A stretch of 63,860 nt of DNA, filler included, from Thermodesulfobacteriota bacterium (GTDB lineage Bacteria; DASVDK01): NCBI GenBank assembly GCA_036381125.1. It is 9 parts of 9 records of this genome, joined end to end, with 100 filler letters (N's around TTAATTAATTAA, not from the genome) between each part and the next. Parts side by side here need not be neighbours in the genome. Positions count along the whole stretch, not along the records: positions 1 to 6,456 come from DASVDK010000038.1; positions 6,557 to 21,906 come from DASVDK010000039.1; 7 more parts are not named here. The stretch is one strand, 5' to 3'. The notes beneath the pieces were generated by a model. It was not told the origin of the DNA. It searched no databases and saw only the letters and a program-made list of their open reading frames with translations. The stretch's first letter is position 1. Every line of letters begins with the position of its first letter. Of this stretch, positions 1 through 12,505 are shown in pieces. A program made the position numbers and the translations under genes.

Positions 1-32
1 GAGGAGGCCTAGGCCTCCCCGCGCCGATCGCC

Positions 33-596
33 GTGAAGCTCGTGTGTGGCCTCGGAAACCCCGGCCGGGAGTACGAGGCCACGCGACACAACGTGGGGTG
101 GTGGGTGGTGGAGGCGCTTCGGCGCGAGCTCGCCTTCCCCGAGTTCCATGTGGTCGGTCCCGTCCGCACCACCGCCGGCCTCGTCGATGATCGGCCCGTC
201 CGGCTCGTCGAGCCCTTGACGTACGTGAATCGGAGCGGCGCCGCTCTCGCGCCCCTGGTCGCCCGCGAGGGCGTCGACGTCGCGCACGACCTGCTCGTCG
301 TGGTCGACGACGTCAACCTCGACGTCGGCCGGGCGCGCCTCCGCGCGCGGGGCAGCGCCGGCGGGCACAACGGCCTGAAGTCCATCGAGGCGGCGCTCGG
401 AACGCGCGACTACCCGCGCCTGCGGATCGGTGTCGGCATGCGGCCGCCCGACATCGATCTCGCCGCCTGGGTCCTCGCCCCGTTCGCGCCCGACGACGAG
501 GCGAAGATCCGCGAGCGCATCCCCGACTACGTCGCCTGCATCACCACCTGGTTGAAATACGGGACGGACGTGGCGGTGCGCGAGTGTAACCGGTAA
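33..596 (+). CDS. pth: peptidyl-tRNA hydrolase
   Basis: [36 protein letters not shown] and RLRIGVG motifs. Confidence 0.96.
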   Translation: MKLVCGLGNPGREYEATRHNVGWWVVEALRRELAFPEFHVVGPVRTTAGLVDDRPVRLVEPLTYVNRSGAALAPLVAREGVDVAHDLLVVVDDVNLDVGRARLRARGSAGGHNGLKSIEAALGTRDYPRLRIGVGMRPPDIDLAAWVLAPFAPDDEAKIRERIPDYVACITTWLKYGTDVAVRECNR

Positions 597-682
597 CAGC
601 CCCTTTCCGCCGCGCCGCGCGGGCACCGGACGTGCCGCGGTCGGCACGCCCGCGGCCCGCGCGGCGTCCAACGGAGGTTCGC

Positions 683-2814
<2,132 letters not shown>

Positions 2815-2818
<4 letters not shown>

Positions 2819-4008
2819 GCGCCCGCGACCTCTCCTTCGAGCGCGTCGTCGCCTTCGCCGCGGACCTCATCCGCATCCCGTCGCTCCCCGGGAACGAGCG
2901 CGACCTCGCCGCGCGCGTCCGCCGCGAGCTCGACCACCTCGGCTTCGCCGACGTCCGCATCGACGAGCTCGGCAACGTCATCGGCGTCGCGCCCGGCCGC
3001 GGCGCCGCTCCCGCCGTCATGCTCTCCTCGCACCTCGACATGGTCGATGTCGGCGACCCCGCCTCCTGGGAGTACCCGCCCTTCGGCGGCATCGTCGACG
3101 GCGGCTTCCTCCACGGCCGCGGCGCCATGGACATCAAGGGACCGCTCGCGCTCCAGACTTACGCCGCCGCCCACTTCCTCGATCACCCCGCCGATGGCGA
3201 CGTCGTCGTCGCCCACACCGTTTTCGAGGAGCGCGGCGGCTGGGGCATGGATGCGCTCGTGCGCTCCGGTACGCTGCGCCCCGGCGCCGTCATCCTCGGT
3301 GAAGCCACCAATGGCGACGTCTGCATCGGCCACCGCGGACGCGCCGAGCTCATCGTCGAGCTCCAGGGCGTCGCCGGCCACGCCAGCGCTCCGGAGCGGG
3401 CTCGCAACCCCCTCGACGCGCTCCCCGAGGTCATCCCGGCGCTCCAGGAGTTCGCCGCCCGCCTCCCGTCTGCGCCGATCCTCGGCAAGGCCACGCTCGC
3501 GCCCACCGCGGTCGAGACGCTCCCCCGCAGCCGCAACGTCATCCCCGACCGCGCCCGCGTGATCGTCGACTGGCGCACCATCCCGGGGCTCTCCGCCGAG
3601 GACACCCGGCGGACGCTCGAGGACTTCCTTCGGCCGCGCATTCGCCTCCCCGAGGGCTGCGCCCTCGACGTCCGCTTCGCGACCGAGCACCAGCGGTCGT
3701 ACACCGGCCTCGAGTGTGAGCGTGACCTGTTCACCCCGGGCTACCTCCTCGCCCCCGATCACCCCGTCGCCGTCGCCGCCGCCAATGCCGTCCGCGCAGG
3801 CCTCGGCCGCGAGCCCGCGCTCCGGCCCTGGACCTTCGCCACCGATGGCGGACACACCTGCGGCGAGCAGGGCATCCCGACCGTGGGCTTCGCGCCCGGG
3901 GAAGAGCGCTTCGCCCACACCAACCGTGAGCGGCTGGACCTCGACCAGGCTCGCGCGGTCTACGAGGCCTACCCGCTCGTGATCCGCGCCGTCATGGGCG
4001 CCGCCTGA
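2815..4008 (+). CDS. M20/ArgE/DapE-family metallo-hydrolase (YgeY-like)
   Basis: [27 protein letters not shown] and AHT motifs; ATGA overlap with the hppA stop. Confidence 0.88.
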
Positions 4009-4131
4009 CCGCGGCGCCGCCTCCCCCCACGCCACGCCGCGCAGCCGGTGCCCGCGCGCTGGAAAACGGCGCGCAATTCCGCTAAACTTAAGGGCTGGCA
4101 TCAAAAACCGTATACGCCGTCCGCAGGCGAC

Positions 4132-5262
4132 ATGCCCAATCTGAAGCTCGGGATCGTCGGACTGCCGAACGTCGGCAAGTCCACGCTCTTCAATGCGCTC
4201 ACCGGCGCCGGCGCGTCGGCCGAGAACTACCCGTTCTGCACCGTCGATCCGAACGTCGGCGTCGTCGAGGTGCCGGATCGACGCGTCGACCTGCTCGTCG
4301 AGCGCGTGCGGCCGAAGTCCCGGGTTCCCGCCGTCGTCACGTTCGTCGACATCGCGGGCCTCGTGAAGGGCGCCTCGGAGGGCGAAGGGCTCGGCAACCA
4401 GTTCCTGGCCAACATCCGGGAGGTGGACGCGATCGTCCACGTGGTGCGCTGCTTCGAGGACCCCGACGTGACGCACGTGCTCGGCGAGGTCGATCCGGTC
4501 CGCGACCGGGAGATCATCAACCTCGAGCTCGCCCTCTCGGACCTCCAGCTCGTGGAGAAGCGGCTCCAGCGCGCGGAGCGCGCCGCGAAGGGGGGCGACC
4601 GGGAGGCGCAGGCGGAGCTCGCGCTCCTGCGCAAGGTGCAGGCGGTCCTCTCGGAGGGACGGCCCGCGCGCGCCGTGGACCTGTCCGGCGACGAGGAGGC
4701 CCGGCTGCTCCGCACCTTCAACCTGCTGACCGCGAAGCGCGAGCTGTACGTCGCGAACGTCGCCGAGTCCGACCTCGGCGCCGGTGGGCAGGGCGAGCCC
4801 GGGGAAGGGAACCCGTTGGTGCACCGGTTGCGCGCCGCCATCGAGGCCGACGGCGAGCCCGCCGAGGTGGTCCCGCTCTCCGCGCGCATCGAGGCGGAGC
4901 TGCTGCACCTCGAGCCGTCCGAGCGCGCGATGTTCCTCGAGGAGCTCGGCCTCGACGAGCCCGGGCTCTACCGCCTGATCCGCGCCGGGTACCACCTTCT
5001 CGACCTGATCAGTTACTTCACCGCGGGCGAAAAGGAGGTCCGCGCCTGGACCATCCGTCGCGGGACCCGCGCGCCGCAGGCTGCGGCCGAGATCCACACG
5101 GACTTCGAGCGCGGCTTCATCCGCGCCGAGACGATCGGATGGGATGACTTCGTTCGCGCCGGCTCGCTGCGCGCCGCCCGCGAGCAGGGGCTGATGAGGA
5201 GCGAGGGGAAGGACTACGTCGTGCAGGACGGGGACATCATGTTGTTCCGGTTCAACGTCTGA
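4132..5262 (+). CDS. ychF: redox-regulated ATPase YchF
   Basis: GIVGLPNVGKSTLFNALT, NYPFCT, DIAGLVKGASEGEGLGNQFL, C-terminal GKDYVVQDGDIMLFRFNV. Confidence 0.97.
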   Translation: MPNLKLGIVGLPNVGKSTLFNALTGAGASAENYPFCTVDPNVGVVEVPDRRVDLLVERVRPKSRVPAVVTFVDIAGLVKGASEGEGLGNQFLANIREVDAIVHVVRCFEDPDVTHVLGEVDPVRDREIINLELALSDLQLVEKRLQRAERAAKGGDREAQAELALLRKVQAVLSEGRPARAVDLSGDEEARLLRTFNLLTAKRELYVANVAESDLGAGGQGEPGEGNPLVHRLRAAIEADGEPAEVVPLSARIEAELLHLEPSERAMFLEELGLDEPGLYRLIRAGYHLLDLISYFTAGEKEVRAWTIRRGTRAPQAAAEIHTDFERGFIRAETIGWDDFVRAGSLRAAREQGLMRSEGKDYVVQDGDIMLFRFNV

Positions 5263-5336
5263 GGCCGGTCCGGCCCCGCGGGATCGGCGGCACGGCGGCG
5301 TCCCCGCGTCCGGCCATGCCGGCGACCATTGCGCCC

Positions 5337-5801
5337 TCAGGCCGCCTCCACCTCCACCGTCAGAATGTCGGCGATGTGCCAGCGCCGGTGCACGTAGCTT
5401 TCCAGCGCACTCGGCGCGTCGCGCTCCGGGTCGTACACCAGTCCGCCGGAGACGACCACGAAATGCCCGCGCGTGTCGCCAGGCTCGTGGATCAGGACGA
5501 TCGCCGGATCCGCGGTCGGAACGTGCGCGGCGAGCGCACAGCCGTCCCCCGCGTCCGACACCCGGACGAGCCGACCGGTCAGCCGCCGTAGCATCCGCGC
5601 GACCTCCATCGCCCGAAGCCCGTCGCCCGGGCGCCCGGACGGGTCCGCCGCCGCCGCCGCCTCGCGGTAGCTTACGCCTGCCAGCATGGCCGCCGCCGCG
5701 ATTCCGCAGTCCCGGCCGTTCCGCTGCCGGATGTGCCGGATCGCCGCGGAGGGAGCTGCCGCCGTGACCGGCCCGCCGGTCGCTGCCTTTTCGCGCCGCA
5801 T
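5337..5801 (-). CDS. stand-alone peptidase C39-like cysteine protease
   Basis: Q-x4-DCG.AA.AML, GHFVV and VYDP give the Q/C/H/D catalytic set; start uncertain (5801 or 5849). Confidence 0.65.
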   Translation of the reverse strand: MRREKAATGGPVTAAAPSAAIRHIRQRNGRDCGIAAAAMLAGVSYREAAAAADPSGRPGDGLRAMEVARMLRRLTGRLVRVSDAGDGCALAAHVPTADPAIVLIHEPGDTRGHFVVVSGGLVYDPERDAPSALESYVHRRWHIADILTVEVEAA

Positions 5802-5993
5802 CGACGCCACCTTCGATCCTTCTCTCGTACGGTGTCGCCCCTCGTACACGCGGCCTCGACCCCCGTTCCGGCCGACTCGCGGCCGGAACCACGCGCACCG
5901 GCGTGTATCGACATTGCTCTGGCCTGGCCGTGACGTTACCGTGGAGCGCGCTTCTCACAGGACACCGCTGCCCGGTATCGGAGCCGGACCACC

Positions 5994-6359
5994 TTGCCGA
6001 CACGTGCCCGCGGATCCCTATTGCGCCGGCGGCCCGGTCAGGCGCTCGTCGAGTACGTGCTCGTCGTCGCGCTCGTCGCGGTCGGCCTCGTGCTCGTGAT
6101 GCTCCATCTCCGCAACGGAGCGGGCGCCGCGTTCTCCGGTGCCAACTGCCAGGTTGCTTCGGCTGGTGGCGGCGAGCCGGCCGCCGCGTGTGGCGCCGCC
6201 GACGCGACAGCGCCGGGCTCGGCGGGAGGCGCCGGGCATCCGGGCGCCGGCTACGGCTGGGGACAGCGCCCGCCGACGCCCGGTCCGCCCCCGGGGATCC
6301 CGGGCCACGGTGACGACGGCCCCGACCCCCCGGGCGGCGGCACGAGGGGCCCGCGCTGA
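5994..6359 (+). CDS. Flp/Tad-type prepilin-like protein with Gly/Pro-rich C-terminal extension
   Basis: basic leader then GQALVEY plus a hydrophobic helix (class III signal, Flp E5/Y6). Confidence 0.6.
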   Translation: MPTRARGSLLRRRPGQALVEYVLVVALVAVGLVLVMLHLRNGAGAAFSGANCQVASAGGGEPAAACGAADATAPGSAGGAGHPGAGYGWGQRPPTPGPPPGIPGHGDDGPDPPGGGTRGPR

Positions 6360-6388
6360 TCGTCGACCCGCACCCCGCGCCGAAGAAC

Positions 6389-6456
6389 GAGCGCCCAGGA
6401 ACGAGCGACCCCGGGGGCACCATGGTGCCCCCGGGGTCGCTCGTTCCTGGGCGCTC
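6389..6456. repeat. perfect 68-bp palindrome at the contig end
   Basis: 6389-6422 is the exact reverse complement of 6423-6456, centred on CCATGG with no loop. Confidence 0.9.
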
Positions 6457-6556
6457 NNNNNNNNNNNNNNNNNNNNNNNNNNNNNNNNNNNNNNNNNNNN
6501 TTAATTAATTAANNNNNNNNNNNNNNNNNNNNNNNNNNNNNNNNNNNNNNNNNNNN
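6457..6556. other. contig linker (artificial)
   Basis: N44-TTAATTAATTAA-N44. Confidence 0.99.
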
Positions 6557-6794
6557 GTCGCGTCCCGATTGGCGCGCTTCGCGCGGTTGGGTGCCATCGA
6601 GGGCGTGGGCGACACGGTGAACGGTGCGCGCGTCGGCGCCTCGAACGGCGGGTCGTGGGTACGAGACGCCGGCCGGCCCCGCGTACCCGCGGCACGGCGC
6701 GGTCGAGCGCCCGGCCGGGTGTGGCCGGGCGCCGCGGGTCGCCGTCCTCGACGGGGCGCGGTCGGCTCTCGCCGTTGCCGGAGGCGGGGATGTC

Positions 6795-7793
6795 TCAGGA
6801 GTCTCGCCTGGCGACCTCGACGTACGCCTCGCCCTCGGTGAACGCCTTCACCTCGGCGCCCGGCGGGATGCGGCCCTCGTCTCCCTTGATGGCGAAGCCC
6901 CAGAGGGCCGACGGGAGGCAGAGGACGCCCAGCACGATTCCGGTCACGGCGGCCGTCGAGCCGCTGTCACGCCCCTCGGCCTCCTGCCTGGCGCTCAGGG
7001 GGATGAGCTGGCCGTCGACGGCCTCGACGTCCGAAACGTAGACCTCGAGCCGCCCGGGGGTCCCCCAGCCCGATCGCGGCTGCACCTTCGTGACGCGTGC
7101 GGTCGCCCGGGCCCCGGCCGCGATGACGACCCGGCCGTCGACCTTCACGTCGCGTAGCACCCGGAGCGGAATGCTCTGGCCCTCGGACACCGACTCGCTG
7201 CTCACCACGTCGGGAAACACGAGGAAGACCGGAGTGCCGCCCCTGAGCGTCACCCGGCCGCTCTCGGCCGCGAACGTCGCGGGCACCGCCGCCGTCGTCG
7301 CCAGGACCGCCGCGAGCGCGGCGGCGGCCGCCCGCCGCGCCACGACGGGCGCCGCGGCCGCGAGCGCGAGCCGCACGAGGCCGACGCCGGCCAGCAGGCC
7401 GGTCGCGCACCGGCTCGCGTTCGTGCTGGTCCAGAGCCCGACGAGCTGGCCCGTCCCGTCGACGACGAGCGGCGCGATGAGGAGCAGGGCGGCGCCGAGC
7501 GGAACGCGGGCGAGCCGCACGCGGGACTCCCGGTGCCACAGGGCAAGCCCGCCGGCCAGGGCGGCCGCGGCCAGCAGCGTGAACGTCCGGACGCAGAGGC
7601 CGAGGTTGCTTCCCATGAGGAACCAGGACCGGGACGGCCGCTGGTGGCAGACGAGGGCGAGGACCCCGTAGAGCGTCGAGGCGAGCGGCGAGCGGTGCGC
7701 CTCGAGCAGCGGCGCCGCGACGGCGGCGATCACCAGGGTCGCCGAGACGGCGACGGCCGCCCCGGCGATGTGGACGCGAACGGACATGAGCAT
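6795..7793 (-). CDS. DUF2085-like membrane domain fused to an exported beta-rich domain
   Basis: CHQRPSRS..G..L.LCVR and P..VDG..QL.G...STN..R..TG motifs, then TLRGGTPV..DVKVDGRVVIAAG..GTPGRL. Confidence 0.65.
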   Translation of the reverse strand: MLMSVRVHIAGAAVAVSATLVIAAVAAPLLEAHRSPLASTLYGVLALVCHQRPSRSWFLMGSNLGLCVRTFTLLAAAALAGGLALWHRESRVRLARVPLGAALLLIAPLVVDGTGQLVGLWTSTNASRCATGLLAGVGLVRLALAAAAPVVARRAAAAALAAVLATTAAVPATFAAESGRVTLRGGTPVFLVFPDVVSSESVSEGQSIPLRVLRDVKVDGRVVIAAGARATARVTKVQPRSGWGTPGRLEVYVSDVEAVDGQLIPLSARQEAEGRDSGSTAAVTGIVLGVLCLPSALWGFAIKGDEGRIPPGAEVKAFTEGEAYVEVARRDS

Positions 7794-7860
7794 CCTCCCG
7801 AAGTGGGAGGCGTTCCTAGCCCGATCGCGCCCGTCTCGTCCAGCGAAAAATCGTGAAGCG

Positions 7861-8904
7861 CTAGTTGCGGCTCTGGTCGGGCACGGTCCAGACGTCCCCC
7901 TCGCGCATGAGCTGCGCGAGGTCGCCCGGGCCCTTCCGGGCGATCTCGGCGTCGATCTGCGCCCTCACGCCGCTCTCGAAGGTGGGCTGCTCGATGCGGC
8001 GGAAGACGCCGATCGGCGTGGGGAAGCCGGGCCCCTGCATCTGCGAGAGGAGGAAGGCGTAGGCCGGGTTCCGGCGCGTCTCGTCCCAGACGAGCACGTC
8101 CTGCTCGGTGACGCCGTCGACGCCGATCTCCACCACCTCAAGGTCGACGCCGTTCAGCCGGATCCCCTTCTTGCGGTCCTTCCCGAAGAGGAGCGGCTGG
8201 CCGTGACGGAGCTGGAGGGTCGCCTCGTCGCGCCGGTCCTTCTCGGTGAGCGACGCCCACGCCTTGTCGTTGAAGATGTTGCAGTTCTGGAAGATCTCGA
8301 CGTAGGCCGAGCCCGGGTGGGCCGCGGCGCGCCGGAGCGTCTCCTTCAGGTGGTCCACGAAGACGTCGACCGACCGCGCCACGAAGGTGGCGCCGGCGCC
8401 CAGGGCGACCGAGATGGGGTTGAAGGGGTTGTCGACCGAGCCGTACGGCGTGGACTTGGTCTTCTTGCCCGCCTCGGAGGTGGGCGAGTACTGCCCCTTC
8501 GTGAGGCCGTAGATCCGGTTGTTGAACATGAGGATCTTCAGGCCGACGTTGCGGCGGAGCGCGTGGATCAGGTGGTTGCCGCCGATCGACAGGGCGTCGC
8601 CGTCGCCGGTGATCACCCAGACGGCGAGGTCGGGGCGCGTCACCTTGAGCCCGGTCGCGATCGCCGGCGCCCGCCCGTGGATCGAGTGGAACCCGTATGT
8701 GTTCATGTAGTACGGGAAGCGCGACGAGCAGCCGATGCCCGACACCACGACGAACTTCTCGCGCGGGATGCCGAGTTCGGGCATGACGGTCTGCACGGCC
8801 GAGAGGATGGCGTAGTCCCCGCACCCGGGGCACCAGCGGACCTCCTGGTCGGTCTGGAAGTCCTTCTTCGTGAGCTTCGCCGGCGTCGGTGTCTCAACGG
8901 CCAT
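7861..8904 (-). CDS. korB: 2-oxoacid:ferredoxin oxidoreductase beta subunit
   Basis: WCPGCGD, SGIGCSSR, HGRAPAIATG, GDGD..SIGGNH, YGLTKGQ.SPT. Confidence 0.93.
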   Translation of the reverse strand: MAVETPTPAKLTKKDFQTDQEVRWCPGCGDYAILSAVQTVMPELGIPREKFVVVSGIGCSSRFPYYMNTYGFHSIHGRAPAIATGLKVTRPDLAVWVITGDGDALSIGGNHLIHALRRNVGLKILMFNNRIYGLTKGQYSPTSEAGKKTKSTPYGSVDNPFNPISVALGAGATFVARSVDVFVDHLKETLRRAAAHPGSAYVEIFQNCNIFNDKAWASLTEKDRRDEATLQLRHGQPLLFGKDRKKGIRLNGVDLEVVEIGVDGVTEQDVLVWDETRRNPAYAFLLSQMQGPGFPTPIGVFRRIEQPTFESGVRAQIDAEIARKGPGDLAQLMREGDVWTVPDQSRN

Positions 8905-10768
8905 TGCGCGAGGCCTCCAGGATCTGCCGCGCCCGATCGGCGATGTTCTGGCGCGTGAAGGGCTTCCCCTGCACCTTGCTGTAGCCGACGATCGGCTTGA
9001 GGTATTTCGCGCGCAGGAGCATGGCGAGCTGTCCCATGTTCATCTCGGGCACGAGGACCGTCTCGAAGCGGCCGAGCACGTCGCCGAGGTTACGCGGGAA
9101 CGGGTTGAGGTAACGCAGGTGGGCGCGGCTCACCCTGTACCCGTCGGCGCGCAGCGCCTCGACCGCGCCGGTGACGGCGCCCCGCGTGCTCCCCCAGCCG
9201 AGGACGAGGAGCGGGCCGCCGCCCGGGTCGCCGTGCACCTCGATGTCGGGGATCTCGGACGCGATCCGCTCGACCTTCTCGGCCCTGAGGCTCACCATCG
9301 TCTCGTGGTTGCGCGGATCGTAGGAGATGTTGCCGGTGCGGTCGGCCTTCTCGAGGCCCCCCACCCGGTGCTCGAGCCCCGGCGTCCCCGGGATGGCCCA
9401 CGGCCGTGCGAGCGTCGTCTCGTCGCGCAGGTAGGGGAGGAATCCCTTCGGGTCCGACGCGAACGTCGGCCGCAGGTCGGGCAGCCGCTCGAGGTCGGGC
9501 AGGAGCCACGGCTCCGACGAGTTGGCGAGGTACCCGTCGGACAGGAGCACGACCGGCGTCATGTACCGCATGGCGAGCCGGCAGGCCTCGATCGCCGTCT
9601 CGAAGCAGTCGGCCGGCGACGAGGCGGCGAGGACCGGGATGGACGAGTCGCCGTGACGGCCGAACATGGCCATGAGGAGGTCGGCCTGCTCGGTCTTGGT
9701 CGGCATGCCGGTGGAGGGGCCGGCGCGCTGGATGTCGCAGATCACGAGCGGCAGCTCGACCGCGGTCGCGAGCCCCACGGCCTCCGACTTGAGGCACATG
9801 CCGGGGCCCGACGTGGCGGTGACGGCGAGGGTGCCGCCGTAGGCGGCGCCGATGGCGGCGCAGACGGCGGCGATCTCGTCCTCGGCCTGGAACGTGATGA
9901 CGTTGAACGCCTTGTGCTGCGCCAGCTCGTGCAGCAGGTCGGAGGCCGGCGTGATCGGATAGGCGCCGAGGAAGAGCGGCAGCCCCGCCTGGCGTGCCGC
10001 CGCGATGAGCCCGAGCGCCAGGGCCGTGCTGCCGTGGATGTTGCGGTAGAGGCCCGGCTCGAGCTTCGCGGGGTGCACCTCGTAGGTGATCTGGAAGAGC
10101 TCGGTCGCCTCGCAGTAGGCGCGCCCGGCCTTGAGCGCGCGGACGTTCGCCTCGGCGAGGGCCGGCTTCGCGCCGAACTTCTTCTGGACCCACGCGAGCG
10201 TCGGCTCCATCGGGCGGTTGAAGAGCCAGTACATCATCCCGAGGGCGAAGAAGTTCTTGCAGCGGTCCTGGCTCTTCGTGTCGAGCCCGAGGCCCTCGAG
10301 GGCGCGCCGCGTGAGGGTCGTCAGCTCGACCTTGAAGAGCCGGAACCGGTCGAGGCTGCCGTCCTCGAGCGGGTTCGCCGGGTAGGCCGCCTTCTTGAGG
10401 TTCTGCTCGGTGAACTCGTCGGTGTTCACGACCAGGACGCCGTTGGGCTTCAGGTCGGCGATGTTGACCTTGAGGGCGGCCGGGTTCATCGCCACGAGCA
10501 CGTCGAGCTGGTCGCCGGGCGTGTAGATCCGGTGGTCCGCGATGTGCACCTGGAAGCCCGAGACGCCGGGGAGCGTGCCCGCCGGCGCCCGGATCTCGGC
10601 CGGGAAGTCGGGCAGGGTCGACAGGTCGTTGCCGACGAGCGCGGAGGTGGTCGTGAACTGGTCGCCCGTGAGCTGCATGCCGTCGCCGGAGTCGCCGGCG
10701 AACCGGATGACGACCTCGTCGAGGATCTCGTGGGACTGGTGGCGCGGGGTGTCGATCGTCGTGGTCAT
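8894..10768 (-). CDS. korA: 2-oxoacid:ferredoxin oxidoreductase alpha subunit (gamma-alpha fusion)
   Basis: RFAGDSGDGMQLTG, YPITPASD, QAEDEIAA, TATSGPG, QRAGPSTGMPT. Confidence 0.93.
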   Translation of the reverse strand: MTTTIDTPRHQSHEILDEVVIRFAGDSGDGMQLTGDQFTTTSALVGNDLSTLPDFPAEIRAPAGTLPGVSGFQVHIADHRIYTPGDQLDVLVAMNPAALKVNIADLKPNGVLVVNTDEFTEQNLKKAAYPANPLEDGSLDRFRLFKVELTTLTRRALEGLGLDTKSQDRCKNFFALGMMYWLFNRPMEPTLAWVQKKFGAKPALAEANVRALKAGRAYCEATELFQITYEVHPAKLEPGLYRNIHGSTALALGLIAAARQAGLPLFLGAYPITPASDLLHELAQHKAFNVITFQAEDEIAAVCAAIGAAYGGTLAVTATSGPGMCLKSEAVGLATAVELPLVICDIQRAGPSTGMPTKTEQADLLMAMFGRHGDSSIPVLAASSPADCFETAIEACRLAMRYMTPVVLLSDGYLANSSEPWLLPDLERLPDLRPTFASDPKGFLPYLRDETTLARPWAIPGTPGLEHRVGGLEKADRTGNISYDPRNHETMVSLRAEKVERIASEIPDIEVHGDPGGGPLLVLGWGSTRGAVTGAVEALRADGYRVSRAHLRYLNPFPRNLGDVLGRFETVLVPEMNMGQLAMLLRAKYLKPIVGYSKVQGKPFTRQNIADRARQILEASRNGR

Positions 10769-11025
10769 GCGTGACCCTTCACATGCCGGCCGTCGGCCGT
10801 GCCCGGGTGCTTCGGCTGGTCTCCGAGGGTGTCCGTCTGTTTATAGCAAACGGCGTACGAGAGAAGGGCGGCCCCGGCGGAGGCCACCCCGCCGGGGCCG
10901 AATGATGAGGAGGAGGACGGCGAAGCGGCGCCGTGCCGGCTACCATCGCGGCACGGACCGTATGTGAAGAGAACCGCGCCGGTCCGGTTTCGGTTCCCGC
11001 GCCCGCTCCCGCGCAGGAGGGCCCC

Positions 11026-12330
11026 ATGGTCCCGCACCCCCCGCACCACCTCGTCCTCGAGCCGGACCTCCTGTACACCGGCGGCAGCCTCAGGTCCGGC
11101 CTCGCGCTCACCCTCGCGGGCGGCCGCATCGTGGAGGTGGGCCGGGCAGACGGCCGCGGGACGCGCCTCCCCGGGCGCGCCCTCCTGCCGGGCACCGTGA
11201 ACGCCCACAACCACGCCTTCCAGTCGCTCGTGCGCGGGTTCGGCGACGACCTCGCCTTCGCCGACTGGCGCGATCAGGGGATCTACCGCTACTCGCTCGG
11301 CCTCGGCCCGGCGGAGGTGTACGTCGGCGCCCTCTTCGCCTTCGGCGAGATGCTGACGTACGGGGTGACAACGGTGGCCGACTTCTTCTACCTGCACGAC
11401 CAGGGGAACGACAATGCGCACGCCGTGATCCGCGCGGCGCGCGACCTCGGCATCCGCCTGGTGCTCGCGCGCGCCTTCTACGACTGGCCGCGCGGGCCGG
11501 CCAAGTACCGCGAGACGCCCGACGACGCCGCGCGGCGCTGCCTCGAGCTGGCGCGGTCGGTCGCCGGCGACCCGCTCGTCGCCGTGCATCCCGCGCCCCA
11601 CAGCCCGCACGCCGCCTCGCCCGCCATGGTCGAGGCGGGCGCCGCCGTCTCGGCCGAGACCGGGGCGCCCCTGCACGTGCACTGCGCGGAGGCGCCGTAC
11701 GAGGTCGAGCAGACGAGGGCCGAGCACGGCACCACGCCGCTGCGCTACCTCGACCGCCACGGCGCCGTGACCTCGCGCACCCTCGTCGTGCACGGCTGCT
11801 GGCTCGACGACGGCGAGTGGGCGCTGCTCGGCCGCGCAGGCGGCAAGCTGGCCTACAACCCGTCGAGCAACATGTTCCTCGGCGACGGCATCACGCCGCT
11901 CCGCAAGGCGATCGCGGCCGGGGTGACCGTGGCCCTCGGCACCGACGGCGGCTGCTCGAACAACCAGGTGAGCGTCTTCGGCGAGATGCGCATGGCCGCC
12001 CTCCTCCAGAAGGTGGCCGCGCTCGACTCGACCGCCATGACGGCGGCGGAGGTGTTCCGGATGGGCACCGAGGGGGGCGGGACGGCGCTGGCCCTGCCGG
12101 TCGGCCGCCTCGAGGCCGGCTACCGGGCCGACCTCGTCACCGTCGACCTCGACCACCTGTCGATGCTCCCGCCCCAGCGCGCGGCAAACCACCTCGTCTA
12201 CGCCCTCGACCCGCGGGCGATCCGCGAGGTGTACGTCGAGGGGCGCTGCGTCTACGCCGACGGCGACCTCACCGGCGTGCCGCGCGCGCGGATCGCGGAG
12301 GAGGTCAGGCGGGTGACGAGGGGGTGGTAG
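11026..12330 (+). CDS. amidohydrolase/deaminase family (MtaD/AtzB-like)
   Basis: PG.VNAHNH, HVHCAE, VHGCW, NP.SNM.LG.G and LGTDG motifs; ATG after GGAGG. Confidence 0.88.
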   Translation: MVPHPPHHLVLEPDLLYTGGSLRSGLALTLAGGRIVEVGRADGRGTRLPGRALLPGTVNAHNHAFQSLVRGFGDDLAFADWRDQGIYRYSLGLGPAEVYVGALFAFGEMLTYGVTTVADFFYLHDQGNDNAHAVIRAARDLGIRLVLARAFYDWPRGPAKYRETPDDAARRCLELARSVAGDPLVAVHPAPHSPHAASPAMVEAGAAVSAETGAPLHVHCAEAPYEVEQTRAEHGTTPLRYLDRHGAVTSRTLVVHGCWLDDGEWALLGRAGGKLAYNPSSNMFLGDGITPLRKAIAAGVTVALGTDGGCSNNQVSVFGEMRMAALLQKVAALDSTAMTAAEVFRMGTEGGGTALALPVGRLEAGYRADLVTVDLDHLSMLPPQRAANHLVYALDPRAIREVYVEGRCVYADGDLTGVPRARIAEEVRRVTRGW

Positions 12331-12505
12331 TCGCACGGTCCGCGTTCGTTGGTCCTCGCGCATGCCTGCTTGCGCTCCCACGAACCTGCGGCTGCGCAGG
12401 ACGACCGCTTGCAGGCCGGTCTCCGGTCGGGAGGGCCGCGTGATGGCTCGCCGGCCGATTCGGGCGACCGATTCGCCGGGAGCTGCCTGGTGCACCCCCC
12501 GCTCG

